Shown: positions 50,278-61,200 of the stretch, in pieces | Position numbering within the stretch: position 1 is the first letter of the stretch | Layout: each line of letters begins with the position of its first letter | Notes under the pieces: model-generated | The model's input: the letters and a program-made list of their open reading frames with translations, nothing else | What the model was told of the DNA's origin: nothing | The model's database searches: none | Program-made: the position numbers and the translations under genes | Assembly: GCA_965116905.1 (NCBI GenBank) | Contig: OZ220732.1 | Location: 384,001-448,000, forward strand | Reading direction: 5' to 3' | DNA length: 64,000 nt | Origin: Longimicrobiales bacterium | Lineage (GTDB): Bacteria; Gemmatimonadota; Gemmatimonadetes; Longimicrobiales; Gaopeijiaceae

Positions 50278-51720
50278 ATGAACCCACCTTCCCTCCGGCA
50301 GACCGCCGCCCGCGTACGGCGCGGCGACATCACCGCCCGGAGCGTTGTCGAAGAGGCCATCCGGCGCCACGAGGAGAGCGATCTCGGCGCCTACATCGTA
50401 TTCGACCCGGAGGGTGCCCGCGCCCGGGCCCGCGCAATCGACGCGGCAGTGGCGCGCGGAGAGGACCCCGGACCCCTGGCCGGAGTCACCGTCTCGGTCA
50501 AGGACCTGTATGGCGTCGAGGGCCTGCCGATCCGCGCCGGGACCAGGCGGGAGCTTCCCGCACACTGGCGCCGGGAGGGCTTTCTGGTCCGTACCATGCG
50601 AGAACTCGGGGCCGTGATCGTCGGAAAGACGCACACGGTGGAACTGGCGTTCGGAGGCGTCGGCCTGAACCCGAACACGGGAACCCCCGTAAACCCCTGG
50701 GACGCCGACGAACACCGCGCGCCGGGAGGCTCTTCGGCAGGTGCGGGTGTGAGTCTGTGGGAAGGATCGGCCCTCATCGCGCTGGGAAGCGATACGGGAG
50801 GATCGGTGAGGATACCGGCTTCGGCCACGGGGGTGGTGGGCCACCGCCATACCACGGGAAGGTGGCCGACCAGTGGCGTCGTCCCCCTGAGCACCACCCT
50901 CGACACGGTTGGGCTCCTGACGCGCACGGCGGCGGATTCACGATACGCGTTCGGGCTGATCGACACGCGGGCCGCCAGCCCACCCGGGGCAGGCCGCGGT
51001 GCCGGGGACGCCCCCCCGCCCGCCGGCGGCCCGGGTCACCCGGCAACGACCGTCGCCGGCCTCCGGATCGGCCTTCCCCGCTCCGACCTGTGGAGGCGGG
51101 CCGCGCCCGATATCGCCGCCGTCGTCCGCCGCGCACTCGGCGAACTGGAGGCCGCGGGCGCGCACGTCCTCGAAGTCGAAGCCCCGGAACTGGACGAGGC
51201 CGGCGAGCGGTACCTGGCGGGCGAATTGGTGCAGCCGGAGCGCTTCGAGTCACTGGAACGGGATCTTCCCGGCTGGACTCCCATCCTGGACCCCACCGTG
51301 GGCAAGCGGCTGGAGTCCGCCCGGGACGTGAGCGCCGTGGACTACGTGGCCGTGTTGCGCGCGCGCCGCCGGCTCTCGGAAAGCATCCATGCCAGAATCG
51401 AAGCCGGGCGCATCGACGTGCTCGCCACGCCCACCCTCCCCATCACCCCGCCCCCGCTGTCCGCCCTGTCCAGGCTGGATGTCTACCGCGCGGTCAACCG
51501 CGACATGCTGTCCGGCACCGGTCCGGCCAGCATGCTGGACATGTGCGCCGTGAGCCTCCCCGCCGGCCTGGATGAGCACGGCATCCCCGTCGGCTTGCAG
51601 CTCATCGGCCCGTCGGGCGGCGACCACGTCCTCCTGGAGCGGGCGGGCGCGGTGGAAGCCGTGCTCGGGACGGCACACGCGCGGCTGGGCACACCGCCCC
51701 GCCTCACGGCCTCACCCTGA
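50278..51720 (+). CDS. Amidase signature family enzyme
   Basis: VSVKDL, GGSSAG and GSDTGGSVRIPAS; start may be 50227. Confidence 0.92.
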   Translation: MNPPSLRQTAARVRRGDITARSVVEEAIRRHEESDLGAYIVFDPEGARARARAIDAAVARGEDPGPLAGVTVSVKDLYGVEGLPIRAGTRRELPAHWRREGFLVRTMRELGAVIVGKTHTVELAFGGVGLNPNTGTPVNPWDADEHRAPGGSSAGAGVSLWEGSALIALGSDTGGSVRIPASATGVVGHRHTTGRWPTSGVVPLSTTLDTVGLLTRTAADSRYAFGLIDTRAASPPGAGRGAGDAPPPAGGPGHPATTVAGLRIGLPRSDLWRRAAPDIAAVVRRALGELEAAGAHVLEVEAPELDEAGERYLAGELVQPERFESLERDLPGWTPILDPTVGKRLESARDVSAVDYVAVLRARRRLSESIHARIEAGRIDVLATPTLPITPPPLSALSRLDVYRAVNRDMLSGTGPASMLDMCAVSLPAGLDEHGIPVGLQLIGPSGGDHVLLERAGAVEAVLGTAHARLGTPPRLTASP

Positions 51721-51760
51721 GTCCCGAGTGCCGAGTCCTGCGTCCCGAGTCCTGAGTCCC
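51716..51760. repeat. Heptamer tandem repeat (CCYGAGT-like) x6 between convergent genes
   Basis: cctgagt cccgagt gccgagt cctgcgt cccgagt cctgagt. Confidence 0.85.
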
Positions 51761-52440
51761 TACAGGCGCAGCGCGCCGATCACCTCCGCCAGCACCGCCA
51801 CGGCGATCTCCTCGGGTGTGCGCGCACCGATCGGCAACCCGATGGGGCCATGGATGCGGTCCAGGTCGGCTGCGCTGAAGCCCAGCGCGCCCAGCCGCTC
51901 CCGTCTGGCAGCCTGCGTCTTGCGGCTCCCCAGCGCGCCCACGTAGAACGCGTCGCTCCGCAGCGCGGCCACGAGCGCCGGGTCGTCAATCCTGGGATCG
52001 TGGGTGAGTGCGACGACGGCCGTGCGTGCGTCCAGCTGAAGCGTGGCTATCGCCTCGTCGGGCCACTGCCGAAGCAGCACCGCTCCGGGGAACCGTTCCG
52101 CCGTGGCGAAGCCTTCCCGCGGATCCAGCACCGTCACGCGAAAGCCCGCCGATGCGGCCATCCCGACGAGTGCCTGGGCGATGTGGACCGCGCCCACCAC
52201 GACGATCCGCGGCGAGCGGATGTAGGGGCGCAGAAAGACCGCCCCCTCCGGTGTCTCGACCGTCCGCGACTCACCCGTGCGGAGCGCGTCGCCGACCTGC
52301 GTGGCATCGAGCGACAACCGGCGGGGCGCGTGCCCCGCCTCGATCAGTTCCTGCACACCGTCGGTCAGGCGGGTCGCCAGCAGCACGTCGCGCCCCGCCT
52401 CCTGTGCCTCGACCACGCCCTGCAGCACCGCCGTCCTCAC
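51760..52440 (-). CDS. XdhC/CoxF family, C-terminal Rossmann part
   Basis: VGAVHIAQ, THDPRID, YVGALGSRK and PIGLPIGA.TPEEIA. Confidence 0.9.
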   Translation of the reverse strand: MRTAVLQGVVEAQEAGRDVLLATRLTDGVQELIEAGHAPRRLSLDATQVGDALRTGESRTVETPEGAVFLRPYIRSPRIVVVGAVHIAQALVGMAASAGFRVTVLDPREGFATAERFPGAVLLRQWPDEAIATLQLDARTAVVALTHDPRIDDPALVAALRSDAFYVGALGSRKTQAARRERLGALGFSAADLDRIHGPIGLPIGARTPEEIAVAVLAEVIGALRL

Positions 52441-52477
52441 GCGGCGGCCTCCGCGCCCGCACCTGGCATCCGGCCGG

Positions 52478-52822
52478 CTACCCCGCGACCGGCTCGACGA
52501 ACAGATGCACCCTGCCTCCGCAGGCCAGCCCCACCTCCCACGCCATCTCGTTCGTGACGCCGAATTCCATCGTGCGGGGCTCGCCCGACTCGATCACATC
52601 GAGCGCGGTCTCGATCACCGCGCCCTCGATGCACCCACCCGATACCGATCCGGAGAAGTCGCCATTCGCGGCGATCGCCATGTGACTTCCGGCGCGCCGC
52701 GGGGCCGATCCCCATGTTTGCGTCACCGTGGCGAGCGCGACCCGTCGGCCCTCTTCGAGCCATGCGGCCGCTTGCGCCAGAACGGGATCGGCGTTCGTGT
52801 TCCTGCTGTTCGATTGGTTCAT
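52478..52822 (-). CDS. XdhC/CoxI family, N-terminal domain
   Basis: ATVTQTWGSAPR, GSVSGGCIEG and VGLACGG. Confidence 0.9.
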   Translation of the reverse strand: MNQSNSRNTNADPVLAQAAAWLEEGRRVALATVTQTWGSAPRRAGSHMAIAANGDFSGSVSGGCIEGAVIETALDVIESGEPRTMEFGVTNEMAWEVGLACGGRVHLFVEPVAG

Positions 52823-52860
52823 GGGACTGGAAGCTACCCCTCGGGGGATGGAACGCAACA

Positions 52861-53307
52861 TTGACGGCAACCCGCAGCGATGAGCTAAACCAGGCCGTCA
52901 TCCGGGATCACTTCCGGCGGCCCCGCAATCGCGGCTCCCTCGAGCCCCCCGCCACCGGAGGGCACGCCCACAACCGGTTCTGCGGTGACACGGTGCGCAT
53001 CTGGGCGCGCGTCGAGAACGGCTGCCTTGCCGAAGTGACCTTCGACGGCCGCGGGTGTGCGATATCCCAGGCCGCGGCATCCATGCTTACCGCCGTCGTG
53101 CGCGGAAAGGACGTGGACGCCGTCGCGAGGCTTCGGCAGACCTTCGTCGACGGGCTCGCGGCCAAGGGCTCGACCCTCCCCAGGGAACTCGGAGACCTTC
53201 GTGCCCTGGCCGGAGTCCGGCGTTTTCCGAGCCGGATTCGCTGTGCGGTGCTCCCTTTCGACGCTCTGGAGGACGCACTCGGCGGAGGTCCGGCGAAAGA
53301 GGAATAG
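52861..53307 (+). CDS. sufU: SufU/NifU-like Fe-S scaffold or sulfur-transfer protein
   Basis: DHFRRPRNRG, CGD, GCAISQAAAS and RIRCA. Confidence 0.85.
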   Translation: MTATRSDELNQAVIRDHFRRPRNRGSLEPPATGGHAHNRFCGDTVRIWARVENGCLAEVTFDGRGCAISQAAASMLTAVVRGKDVDAVARLRQTFVDGLAAKGSTLPRELGDLRALAGVRRFPSRIRCAVLPFDALEDALGGGPAKEE

Positions 53308-53430
53308 CGGCCCGCGGACAGGTAACTTCCCGCCCCGGCGCCTTTCCCCGTCCTGCCTCCCGGCGCTAATGTAGGCGGCAAACATATCCGCTTCACCCCG
53401 TATTACGCCCAACAGCACCGAGGAGTCTCC

Positions 53431-56172
53431 ATGACAGCGGGCCGCAACACCCTTCCCTTGCCCCGATTCGCGGCTTCCTTCGCCGCGGTTTTGACCATCG
53501 CCGCCCTGGCTACGCCCCAGGCGCCGGCCGCCGCCCAGCTGACCACCCCCGAGGAGCAGTTCGGCTACCGCCTCGGCACCGACTACCAGCTCGTCAACTA
53601 CGAGGGCCTGACCGAGTACTGGCACCTCCTCGCGGAGCAGTCGGACCGCATGACGCTGGAGTCGATCGGCCTCTCCGAGGAGGGTCGCGAGCAGTGGATG
53701 GCCACGATCACATCGCCGGCCAATCGGCCCAATCTCGACCGCTACCGGGAGATCGCCCGCCGCCTCGCACACGCGGAGGGCGTCACCGAGGAGGAGGCAC
53801 GCGCGCTGGCCGCCGAGGGCAAGGCCGTCGTCTGGATCGACGGGGGTCTCCACGCCACCGAAGTCCTGGGAATCCAGCAGCTCATGGAGCTCGTGTGGCA
53901 GATGGTCAGCCGGGACGACGCCGAAACGATGCGCTTCCTCGACGACGTCATCCTTCTGGCCACGCACGCCAACCCCGACGGCCACGCCCTGGTCGCCAAC
54001 TGGTACATGCGCCACGACGATCCGCTCGAGCGCTCCTCGCAGGGCGTGCCGGTCCTCTACAACAAGTACGCGGGTCACGACAACAACCGCGATTTCTACA
54101 TGGCCTCGCTCTCCGAGACCGAGAATATGAACCGGGTGATGTACCGCGAGTGGTTCCCCCAGATCGTCTACAACCATCACCAGACCGGTCCCCAGGGCAC
54201 GGTCATGTTCGCCCCGCCCTTCCGCGATCCGCCGAACCACAACCTCGATCCCCTCATCATCACCAGCCTCGACCAGGTCGGTTCCGCCATGCACCACCGC
54301 ATGGTCATGGAGGGCAAGGGCGGCACCACCATGCGGCGCGGCGCCAGCTACTCCACCTGGTGGAACGGCGGTCTGCGCACCACGCCCTACTTCAAGAACA
54401 TGATCGGCCTGCTGACCGAGACCATCGGCCATCCCACCCCCATCGAGATTCCCTTCCTGCCGAACCGCCAGATCACGCACGCCGATCTGCCTCTTCCGGT
54501 CACCCCCGGGCGCTGGCACTTCCGCCAGTCGGTCGACTACTCGCAGACGGCCAACCGGGCGGTGCTCGACTACGCGTCGCGCAACCGCGAACACCTCCTC
54601 TTCAACATCTGGCGCATGGGCATGAACTCGATCGAGCGGGGCAGCCGCGACTCGTGGACCGTCCTGCCGAAGTGGATCGACGAGGTGACCGACGAGGTGG
54701 GCGCGCGCGCCACGCAGGAGGACTACGACGCCTATCTTCGCGACCCCGGCAAGCGCGACGCCCGCGGGTACATCCTGCCGTCGGACCAGCGCAGCTTCTC
54801 GACCGCGACCCGCTTCGTGAACGCGCTGCTCAAGGGCGGCGTAACCGTGCACCAGGCCACCGCCGACTTCACCGTCGCGGGCAGGAACTACCCCGCCGGG
54901 TCGTACGTCGTGGTCACGGCGCAGGCCTTCCGGCCGCACGTGATCGACATGTTCGAGCCGCAGAACCACCCCAACGACTTCCAGTATCCGGGCGGTCCCC
55001 CGATCGCGCCCTACGACAACGCCGGATGGACGCTCGCGCTCCAGATGGGCGTCGAATTCGACCGCGTCCTCGACGGGTTCAGCGGACCCTTCGAGCCGAT
55101 CGCCTGGCTCGCCGAGCCGCTTCCCGGAACCGTGGCGGGTGCCGATTCCCCGGCAGGCTACGTGGTCGATCACGTCAACGAGGCCTTCACGGCCGTCAAC
55201 CGCGTGCTCGCCGCCGGTGGAGAGGTTCATTGGATCGAAGGGACGTTCGACGCTGCGGGCATCTCGTTAGCGCCCGGCGCCTTCTACATCCCGGCCGGGG
55301 CCACCACCCGGTCCCAGCTGGAAGACTGGGCCCGCGAACTGGGCATCGGCTTTCATGGCGTCACGGCGGCCCCCGAGGCCGCGTTCGAACTGACCCACGC
55401 GCGGGTCGGCCTCTGGGACCGCTACGGCGGCTCGATGCCGTCGGGCTGGACCCGTTACGTGCTGGAGGACTTCGAGTTCAACTTCGAGGTCGTCTACCCG
55501 CCCGACATCGACGCGGGCAACCTCAACGATCGCTTCGACGTGATCGTTTTGCCCGACGGCGCCCTGGGCGGCGGGCGCGGCTTCCGCTTCGGCGGACCCG
55601 ACGAGGACTTCATGGCCAGCCTGCCGGACTCGCTGCGCGGCCGGCTGGGCTCGCTGAGCGACGACACGAGTCTGCCCGCGCTCCGCGAGTTCGTGGAGAA
55701 CGGTGGGGCGGTCGTCGCGATCGGGTCCTCCACGGCCCTGGGAAGCCGGCTCGGACTACCCCTCTCCAACTTCATGGTCGACGACGAAGGCAACCCGCTC
55801 AGCCGCGACGACTACTTCACGCCGGGATCGATCCACGACATCCGCGTCGATCACGGCAGCCCGATCACCCACGGCCTGGGCGAACGGGTACACGTGCTGC
55901 ACAGCCACAGTCCGGTCTTCCAGATCGACGACGGCGCGGCGAACGTCCGCCGCCTCGCGTGGTACGACACCGCCGAGCCGCTGGTGAGCGGCTGGGCCTG
56001 GGGACAGGAACACCTGGAGGGCGGCACCAGCATGGTCGAGGCGGACCTCGGCGCCGGGAAGCTGTTTCTCTTCGGGCCCAAGGTCACGTTCCGGTCCCAG
56101 CCGCACGGCACCTTCCCGCTTCTCTTCAACGGAATCCACTATGGTGCCGCCAGACGGAGGCCGGTGAGCTGA
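53431..56172 (+). CDS. Exported M14 zinc carboxypeptidase family protein
   Basis: Signal peptide; GLHATE, NPDG, HDNNRD and NHHQ. Confidence 0.88.
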   Translation: MTAGRNTLPLPRFAASFAAVLTIAALATPQAPAAAQLTTPEEQFGYRLGTDYQLVNYEGLTEYWHLLAEQSDRMTLESIGLSEEGREQWMATITSPANRPNLDRYREIARRLAHAEGVTEEEARALAAEGKAVVWIDGGLHATEVLGIQQLMELVWQMVSRDDAETMRFLDDVILLATHANPDGHALVANWYMRHDDPLERSSQGVPVLYNKYAGHDNNRDFYMASLSETENMNRVMYREWFPQIVYNHHQTGPQGTVMFAPPFRDPPNHNLDPLIITSLDQVGSAMHHRMVMEGKGGTTMRRGASYSTWWNGGLRTTPYFKNMIGLLTETIGHPTPIEIPFLPNRQITHADLPLPVTPGRWHFRQSVDYSQTANRAVLDYASRNREHLLFNIWRMGMNSIERGSRDSWTVLPKWIDEVTDEVGARATQEDYDAYLRDPGKRDARGYILPSDQRSFSTATRFVNALLKGGVTVHQATADFTVAGRNYPAGSYVVVTAQAFRPHVIDMFEPQNHPNDFQYPGGPPIAPYDNAGWTLALQMGVEFDRVLDGFSGPFEPIAWLAEPLPGTVAGADSPAGYVVDHVNEAFTAVNRVLAAGGEVHWIEGTFDAAGISLAPGAFYIPAGATTRSQLEDWARELGIGFHGVTAAPEAAFELTHARVGLWDRYGGSMPSGWTRYVLEDFEFNFEVVYPPDIDAGNLNDRFDVIVLPDGALGGGRGFRFGGPDEDFMASLPDSLRGRLGSLSDDTSLPALREFVENGGAVVAIGSSTALGSRLGLPLSNFMVDDEGNPLSRDDYFTPGSIHDIRVDHGSPITHGLGERVHVLHSHSPVFQIDDGAANVRRLAWYDTAEPLVSGWAWGQEHLEGGTSMVEADLGAGKLFLFGPKVTFRSQPHGTFPLLFNGIHYGAARRRPVS

Positions 56173-56173
56173 C

Positions 56174-57157
56174 GTGAGCGACACCGCCGCTCCGCACGGC
56201 CCCGACGCGTACCCGCCGCGCGAGGACCCGCCGCGCGAGGGCCCACGCGACAATCCGTTCGAACGCGTTCGCAGCCGCTGGCTCCTCCCGTGCGCGTTCG
56301 GCGCGGCCGTGGCCGTCCTCCTGCTGCTGATGCTGGCGACCGGGATCATCGGCCTGGCCACGGGGGGCGCCTTCGGGGACGACGACGCGACCAGGGAGAT
56401 CCTGGCGATGCTTGCGGGGTACGGAGGCATGGTCGCCTGGCTTCTGTGGGCATGCCGGCGTGCGGGGGTGAACCTCCGACGGCTGATCGGCCGCGTACCC
56501 GCCGGGCACGACTGGGCGGTCACGGGGGCCTTGCTGGCGGTGACCATGGCCTTCTCGTACGGATCGTGGGAGCTGGTCGCGTGGATTCTGTCGCGCGCGG
56601 CGCCGGAGGTGTTGAACTGGCTGGTGCAGATGCTGCCCGACAGGCCGGCCGGCAACCTGGGTCACGACATCTTCACCGTCCTCATCGTCGTCGTCGCGGC
56701 CCCGCTCGTCGAAGAGGTTCTCTTCCGGGGCGTTCTGGTCAATCGCTGGGGGGTCAAGTGGGGTCTCGGGGCCGGAATCGCGGTGTCGGCGGTGGCGTTC
56801 GGAATCCTGCACGCGAACGTCATCGGCATCGGCGTGGTCGGGCTGGTGGCGGCCATCCTGTACATCCGGACCCGCACGCTGATCGTGCCGATCGCCTTTC
56901 ACGCCACGAACAACACGATCGGAGCCGTCGGCATGTACCTGCCCGGCGGCTCCGACACGGCCGTGATCATCGACGGCGACGGCTGGCTCGGGTTCCTCCT
57001 CGTCTTCGTCACCCTGCCCGTGCTGATCTGGTACGTGTGGCGCTTCTGGCCGAAGCGCGATGCCGCGATCCCGTATATGGCCGAGGACGACCCGGCCGAG
57101 GACGACCCGGCCGCCGCCGAGGACGACCCGGCCGCGTCCGTGGAAGGATCTCCGTGA
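56174..57157 (+). CDS. CPBP (Abi/CAAX) intramembrane metalloprotease
   Basis: EEVLFRG, FGILH and HATNN. Confidence 0.9.
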   Translation: MSDTAAPHGPDAYPPREDPPREGPRDNPFERVRSRWLLPCAFGAAVAVLLLLMLATGIIGLATGGAFGDDDATREILAMLAGYGGMVAWLLWACRRAGVNLRRLIGRVPAGHDWAVTGALLAVTMAFSYGSWELVAWILSRAAPEVLNWLVQMLPDRPAGNLGHDIFTVLIVVVAAPLVEEVLFRGVLVNRWGVKWGLGAGIAVSAVAFGILHANVIGIGVVGLVAAILYIRTRTLIVPIAFHATNNTIGAVGMYLPGGSDTAVIIDGDGWLGFLLVFVTLPVLIWYVWRFWPKRDAAIPYMAEDDPAEDDPAAAEDDPAASVEGSP

Positions 57158-58236
57158 CCGAATCGGCCCGGTCGCCGTTTCCGGTGCGCGTGGCCGCCAT
57201 CGACGCCGGTTCCAACGCCATCCGCTTCGTCGCGGCCGACTTCACCGCTCCGGGCAGGTACGACATCGTCCACAAGATCCGCCAGCCGATCCGCCTGGGT
57301 CACCGCGTCTTCACGCACGCGGAGCTGGACGAAGACACCATGGGATGGGCCGTGGCCGCCTTTCGCCAGTTCCGCCGCGAGATCGAGGCGCTGAGCGTCG
57401 ACCGATTCCGCGCCGTGGCGACCAGCGCCACCCGCGAGGCGGCCAACCGCGACCGTTTCCTGGACAGAATCCGTGAGGAGTCCGGCATCGTCCTCGAGCC
57501 CATCAGCGGGGCCGAGGAAGCGCGCCTCGTTCACCTGGCCGCGCGCAGCCGGGTCGACCTCTCCCAGGGCCGCTGGATCCTGGTGGATCTGGGGGGCGGA
57601 AGCGTCGAGGTCTCGCTGGTCGACGACACGGGCATCCTGTGGAGCGAATCCTACCGCGTCGGCACCGTGCGCCTCCTGGAGACCCTCGCCGAGGCCGAGG
57701 GCTGCCACGACTCCCTGCGCGAGTGGGTCGGCCGCCAGCTCCGCCCCTTGACGATACCGCCGCCGGAGGCCTACCCGGGTCCCACCGGGTTGGCGGCGAC
57801 CGGAGGCAACATCGAAGCCATCGCCGAACTGGCGCTCAGTTACGTCGATCCGCTGAAGCTCGCGCTGCTGTCCATCGACCGCCTCGACGCCGTCATCCAC
57901 CTCCTCTCGGCGATGACCGTCCCCGAGACGATCCGCGAGCTGCGGCTCCGCCCCGACCGGGCCGACGTCATCCTGCCCGCGGCGCTTGTCTACCGGCACT
58001 TCGCCGACCTCGCCCGCGCAGACCGGATAGTGGTGCCGAGCGTGGGCGTGAAGGAGGGGGTGCTTCTCGACGTGGCGGCCAACCCGGGTCTGTATGCAAC
58101 CGTCCGCACACCAGGGCGGCCGGCGCGGCCGGCGCGGCCGGCGCGGCCGAAGTTCGACGTGCCGGTTGCCGCTTCTACCGCCCCCACGCCAGGTAGCGGA
58201 TCTGCTGGATCGCGACCGACAGGCCCGCCAGGCTGA
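57154..58236 (+). CDS. ppx: Ppx/GppA phosphatase (short form, no HD domain)
   Basis: IDAGSNAIR, ATSATREA, EEAR, DLGGGSVE and RADVI. Confidence 0.88.
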   Translation: MTESARSPFPVRVAAIDAGSNAIRFVAADFTAPGRYDIVHKIRQPIRLGHRVFTHAELDEDTMGWAVAAFRQFRREIEALSVDRFRAVATSATREAANRDRFLDRIREESGIVLEPISGAEEARLVHLAARSRVDLSQGRWILVDLGGGSVEVSLVDDTGILWSESYRVGTVRLLETLAEAEGCHDSLREWVGRQLRPLTIPPPEAYPGPTGLAATGGNIEAIAELALSYVDPLKLALLSIDRLDAVIHLLSAMTVPETIRELRLRPDRADVILPAALVYRHFADLARADRIVVPSVGVKEGVLLDVAANPGLYATVRTPGRPARPARPARPKFDVPVAASTAPTPGSGSAGSRPTGPPG

Positions 58237-61200
58237 CTGGCTCCTCGGCCTCGACCTCGGACAGGATATCGTGGAACCGGGCGAGCTGTGACTCGTCTTC
58301 GTCGAAACCGAGTGCCCCCGAAAGCGCGTCGCTGCCCCCCAGGGCGTCCTGCGTCAGGTTGCGCCGAATCGCACCCAGGTCGTTGATCAGGCCGAGCGCC
58401 CAGCGCTGCTGCCACTTGCCCTCGCCGCTCACACGCTCGATACAGCCGGTCAGCCACGGAATCCGCAGCTCCTCGGTGACCCAGTAGTAGACCCGCGCGG
58501 CACTCACCGGATTGGTTCCGGTGGTGCGCGCCAGCCGCAGGATCTCGAGCAGGTGATCCAGGAAGCGCAGCGCCACGAGGTTCCGGACAAAGGCCTCGTC
58601 CCCGGCCTGGGGCATCAGCGCGGCCACCCGCGTTTCGAAGTTCGCCCGGTCCTCGCCGGCCACGATGTCGTGGAACTGCCCGCGCAGGGCTTCGAGACCG
58701 TTCAGGCTGCCCTCGATGAGGGCGGTGGTCGACTCCTCCGGGTCGCAGTTGGTCAACACCCAGCGCGTCGTCCGTTCCAGCACCCGCGCCAGACCCATCG
58801 TCCAGCGGTAGGTCACGGCGGCGGACACCTGTCCTTCGCGCGACCGGATGTCCGCGAGCAGCGAGTCATGCCGGGTGAGTCTCGCGGCCACCAGCCACGC
58901 CCGCGCGATCTCCGCCGCGCCGCGGCCGGTCTCGCGCATCAGGCGGTCGATGAATACCGACCCCATGAGGTCGACGAGGTCGTTGGTGAGCTGGCACGCC
59001 ACGATCTCACGGCGCAGACGGTGGTTGGCCGCCCGTTCAAGGCCGACCAGCTCCAGGGCCTCGCCCGGGAAGTACTCGTGGAAATAGCCGGAAGCCGACG
59101 GGTCGTCGGGGAGATCCGAGGCGAGCAGCGCCGACTTGAGGTACAGCTTGGCATAGGCCAGCAGCACGGACAGCTCCGGCCGCGTGAGCGACTGGTTGGC
59201 CTCCTGGCGCGCGGTGAGCTCGTCCCAGGACGGCAGTCCCTCCGCGTCGCGGTCGAGGAGGCCCGTGCGGGACAGATGCCCCATCAGCGCCCAGTAGTGG
59301 TCCATGCCGCGGCGGGCGCGGTACTCGTCCAGCGACACCGCCTGGCAGCCGGACTCGTTGTCCGCAAGCACGAGCGAGGCGACCGTGTCCGTGAGGCGGT
59401 GCAGGAGTTCGTTGCGCTCCTCCCGCGTGACCAGTCCGGCGCCGAGTGCCTCGTTCAGGAGGATCTTGAGGTTGACCTCCCGGTCCGAGAGGTTCACCCC
59501 GCCCGAGTTGTCGAGCGCATCGGTGTTGATCCGCCCGCCCGCGAGCGCGTACTCGACCCGGGCCGCCTGGGTGAACCCCAGGTTCCCGCCCTCGCCCACC
59601 ACCTTCGCCCGCAAGTCGCCCACGTCGATGCGCACCGCGTCGTTCGACGCGTCTCCGGCGTCAGCGTGGCTCTCCGTGGTCGCCTTCACGTAGGTGCCGA
59701 TCCCGCCGTTCCAGAGCAGGTCCACGGGTGCCGACAGCACGGCCCGGATGAGACTCTCACCGTCCAGCGTCGCGACGTCCGGCTCCAGACCCAGCACGGC
59801 CCGCACCTCATCGTTCAGGTCGACCGACTTCACCCCGCGCGGCACGATCATCCCGCCCCGCGAGAGTTTCTCGCGGTCGTAGTCGTCCCATGACGAGCGG
59901 CCCAGCCGGAAGAGACGCTCGCGCTCCCTGAAGGAGCTCTCCGGATCCGGACTCGGATCGAGGAATACGTGGCGGTGGTCGAAGGCCGCCACCAGGTGGA
60001 TGGCCCGCGAGAGCAGCATGCCGTTGCCGAACACGTCCCCGCTCATGTCGCCGATGCCCGCCACCGTGAAGGCGTCTTCCTGGATATCCCTGCCCATCTC
60101 CCGGAAATGCCGCTTCACCGACTCCCAGGCGCCGCCGGCGGTGATGCCCACCTTCTTGTGGTCGTATCCGTTGGAGCCGCCCGAGGCGAAGGCGTCGTCC
60201 AGCCAGAAGCCGTAGTCCGCCGCGACCCCGTTGGCGGTGTCCGAGAAGGGGGCCGTGCCCTTGTCCGCCGCCACGACGAGATAGGGGTCGAAGCCATCGT
60301 GCCGGATCACGCCGTCGGGTGGCTCGGACTCGCCGTTGAGGTTGTCCGTGATGTCCAGCAGTCCGCGCATCAGGGTGCAGTACTGTTCACGGGCCTCGTG
60401 GGCCATGGCGTCGCGGTCGGGCAGCGACCGCAGGCAGACGAAGCCGCCCTTCGACCCGCTGGGCACGATCACCGCGTTCTTGACCATCTGCGTCAGCACC
60501 AGCCCCAGCACCTCGGTGCGGAAATCGTCCGGCCGGTCCGAGTGCCGTATCCCGCCCCGGGCAACCGATGCCCCACGCAGGTGAATGCCCTCCATCCTCG
60601 ACGACCTCACCCATACTTCGTACTTGAGACGGCTCCTGACCACGCTTTCGAGAAGCTCGGAGTCGAACTTGAACGAGATGTACGGGACTCCGCCCGACCG
60701 CACCGTCGGCGCCCGGCCGCCGGTCCGATAGTAGTTCGTGCGCACGGTGGCCTCGATCACCTTCTGGAACGCCCTCAGCGCGCGGTCATGAGCGAGCGAG
60801 CTCACCCCGACCAGCTCTTCGGCGATGCGGTCGGCGAGGTCGGGGGCCCTGGGGTGGCGGACCTCCCGCGCCCGGCGGCCGTCCGTCCCGCCGCCCGCGG
60901 CACCGTCCGGGTCGAATCTCGCCTCGAAGAGCCGGAAGAGCAGCAATCCGATCGCCGGGTGGCTGTCGAGCGCGGCGCGCAGCACCTGCCGGCTCGGGAC
61001 CGCCCCGATCTGGAACGCGTAGTGCGCGTACGCCCGCAACACCTCGACCTCGCGCCAGGCCATCCCGGTGGGCCGGATCAGGCGGTTGAACCCGTCGTTC
61101 GTGGCCTCGCCGTTGCGGATCGCCAGGATCGCCTCGGACAGAACAGGCCCCCGGGCCTCGATATCGATCCGGGTGCCGTCCGCGGTCTGCACGTCGAAGC

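Noticed and set aside
51760..52822. Split xdhC as a pseudogene
   Set aside because: Both halves are intact ORFs with conserved motifs, and two-gene XdhC arrangements are known.
58175..58236. Convergent 3' overlaps (ppx/gdh; also 12023-12072 and 43544-43599)
   Set aside because: They involve low-complexity tails and are common in high-GC genomes.
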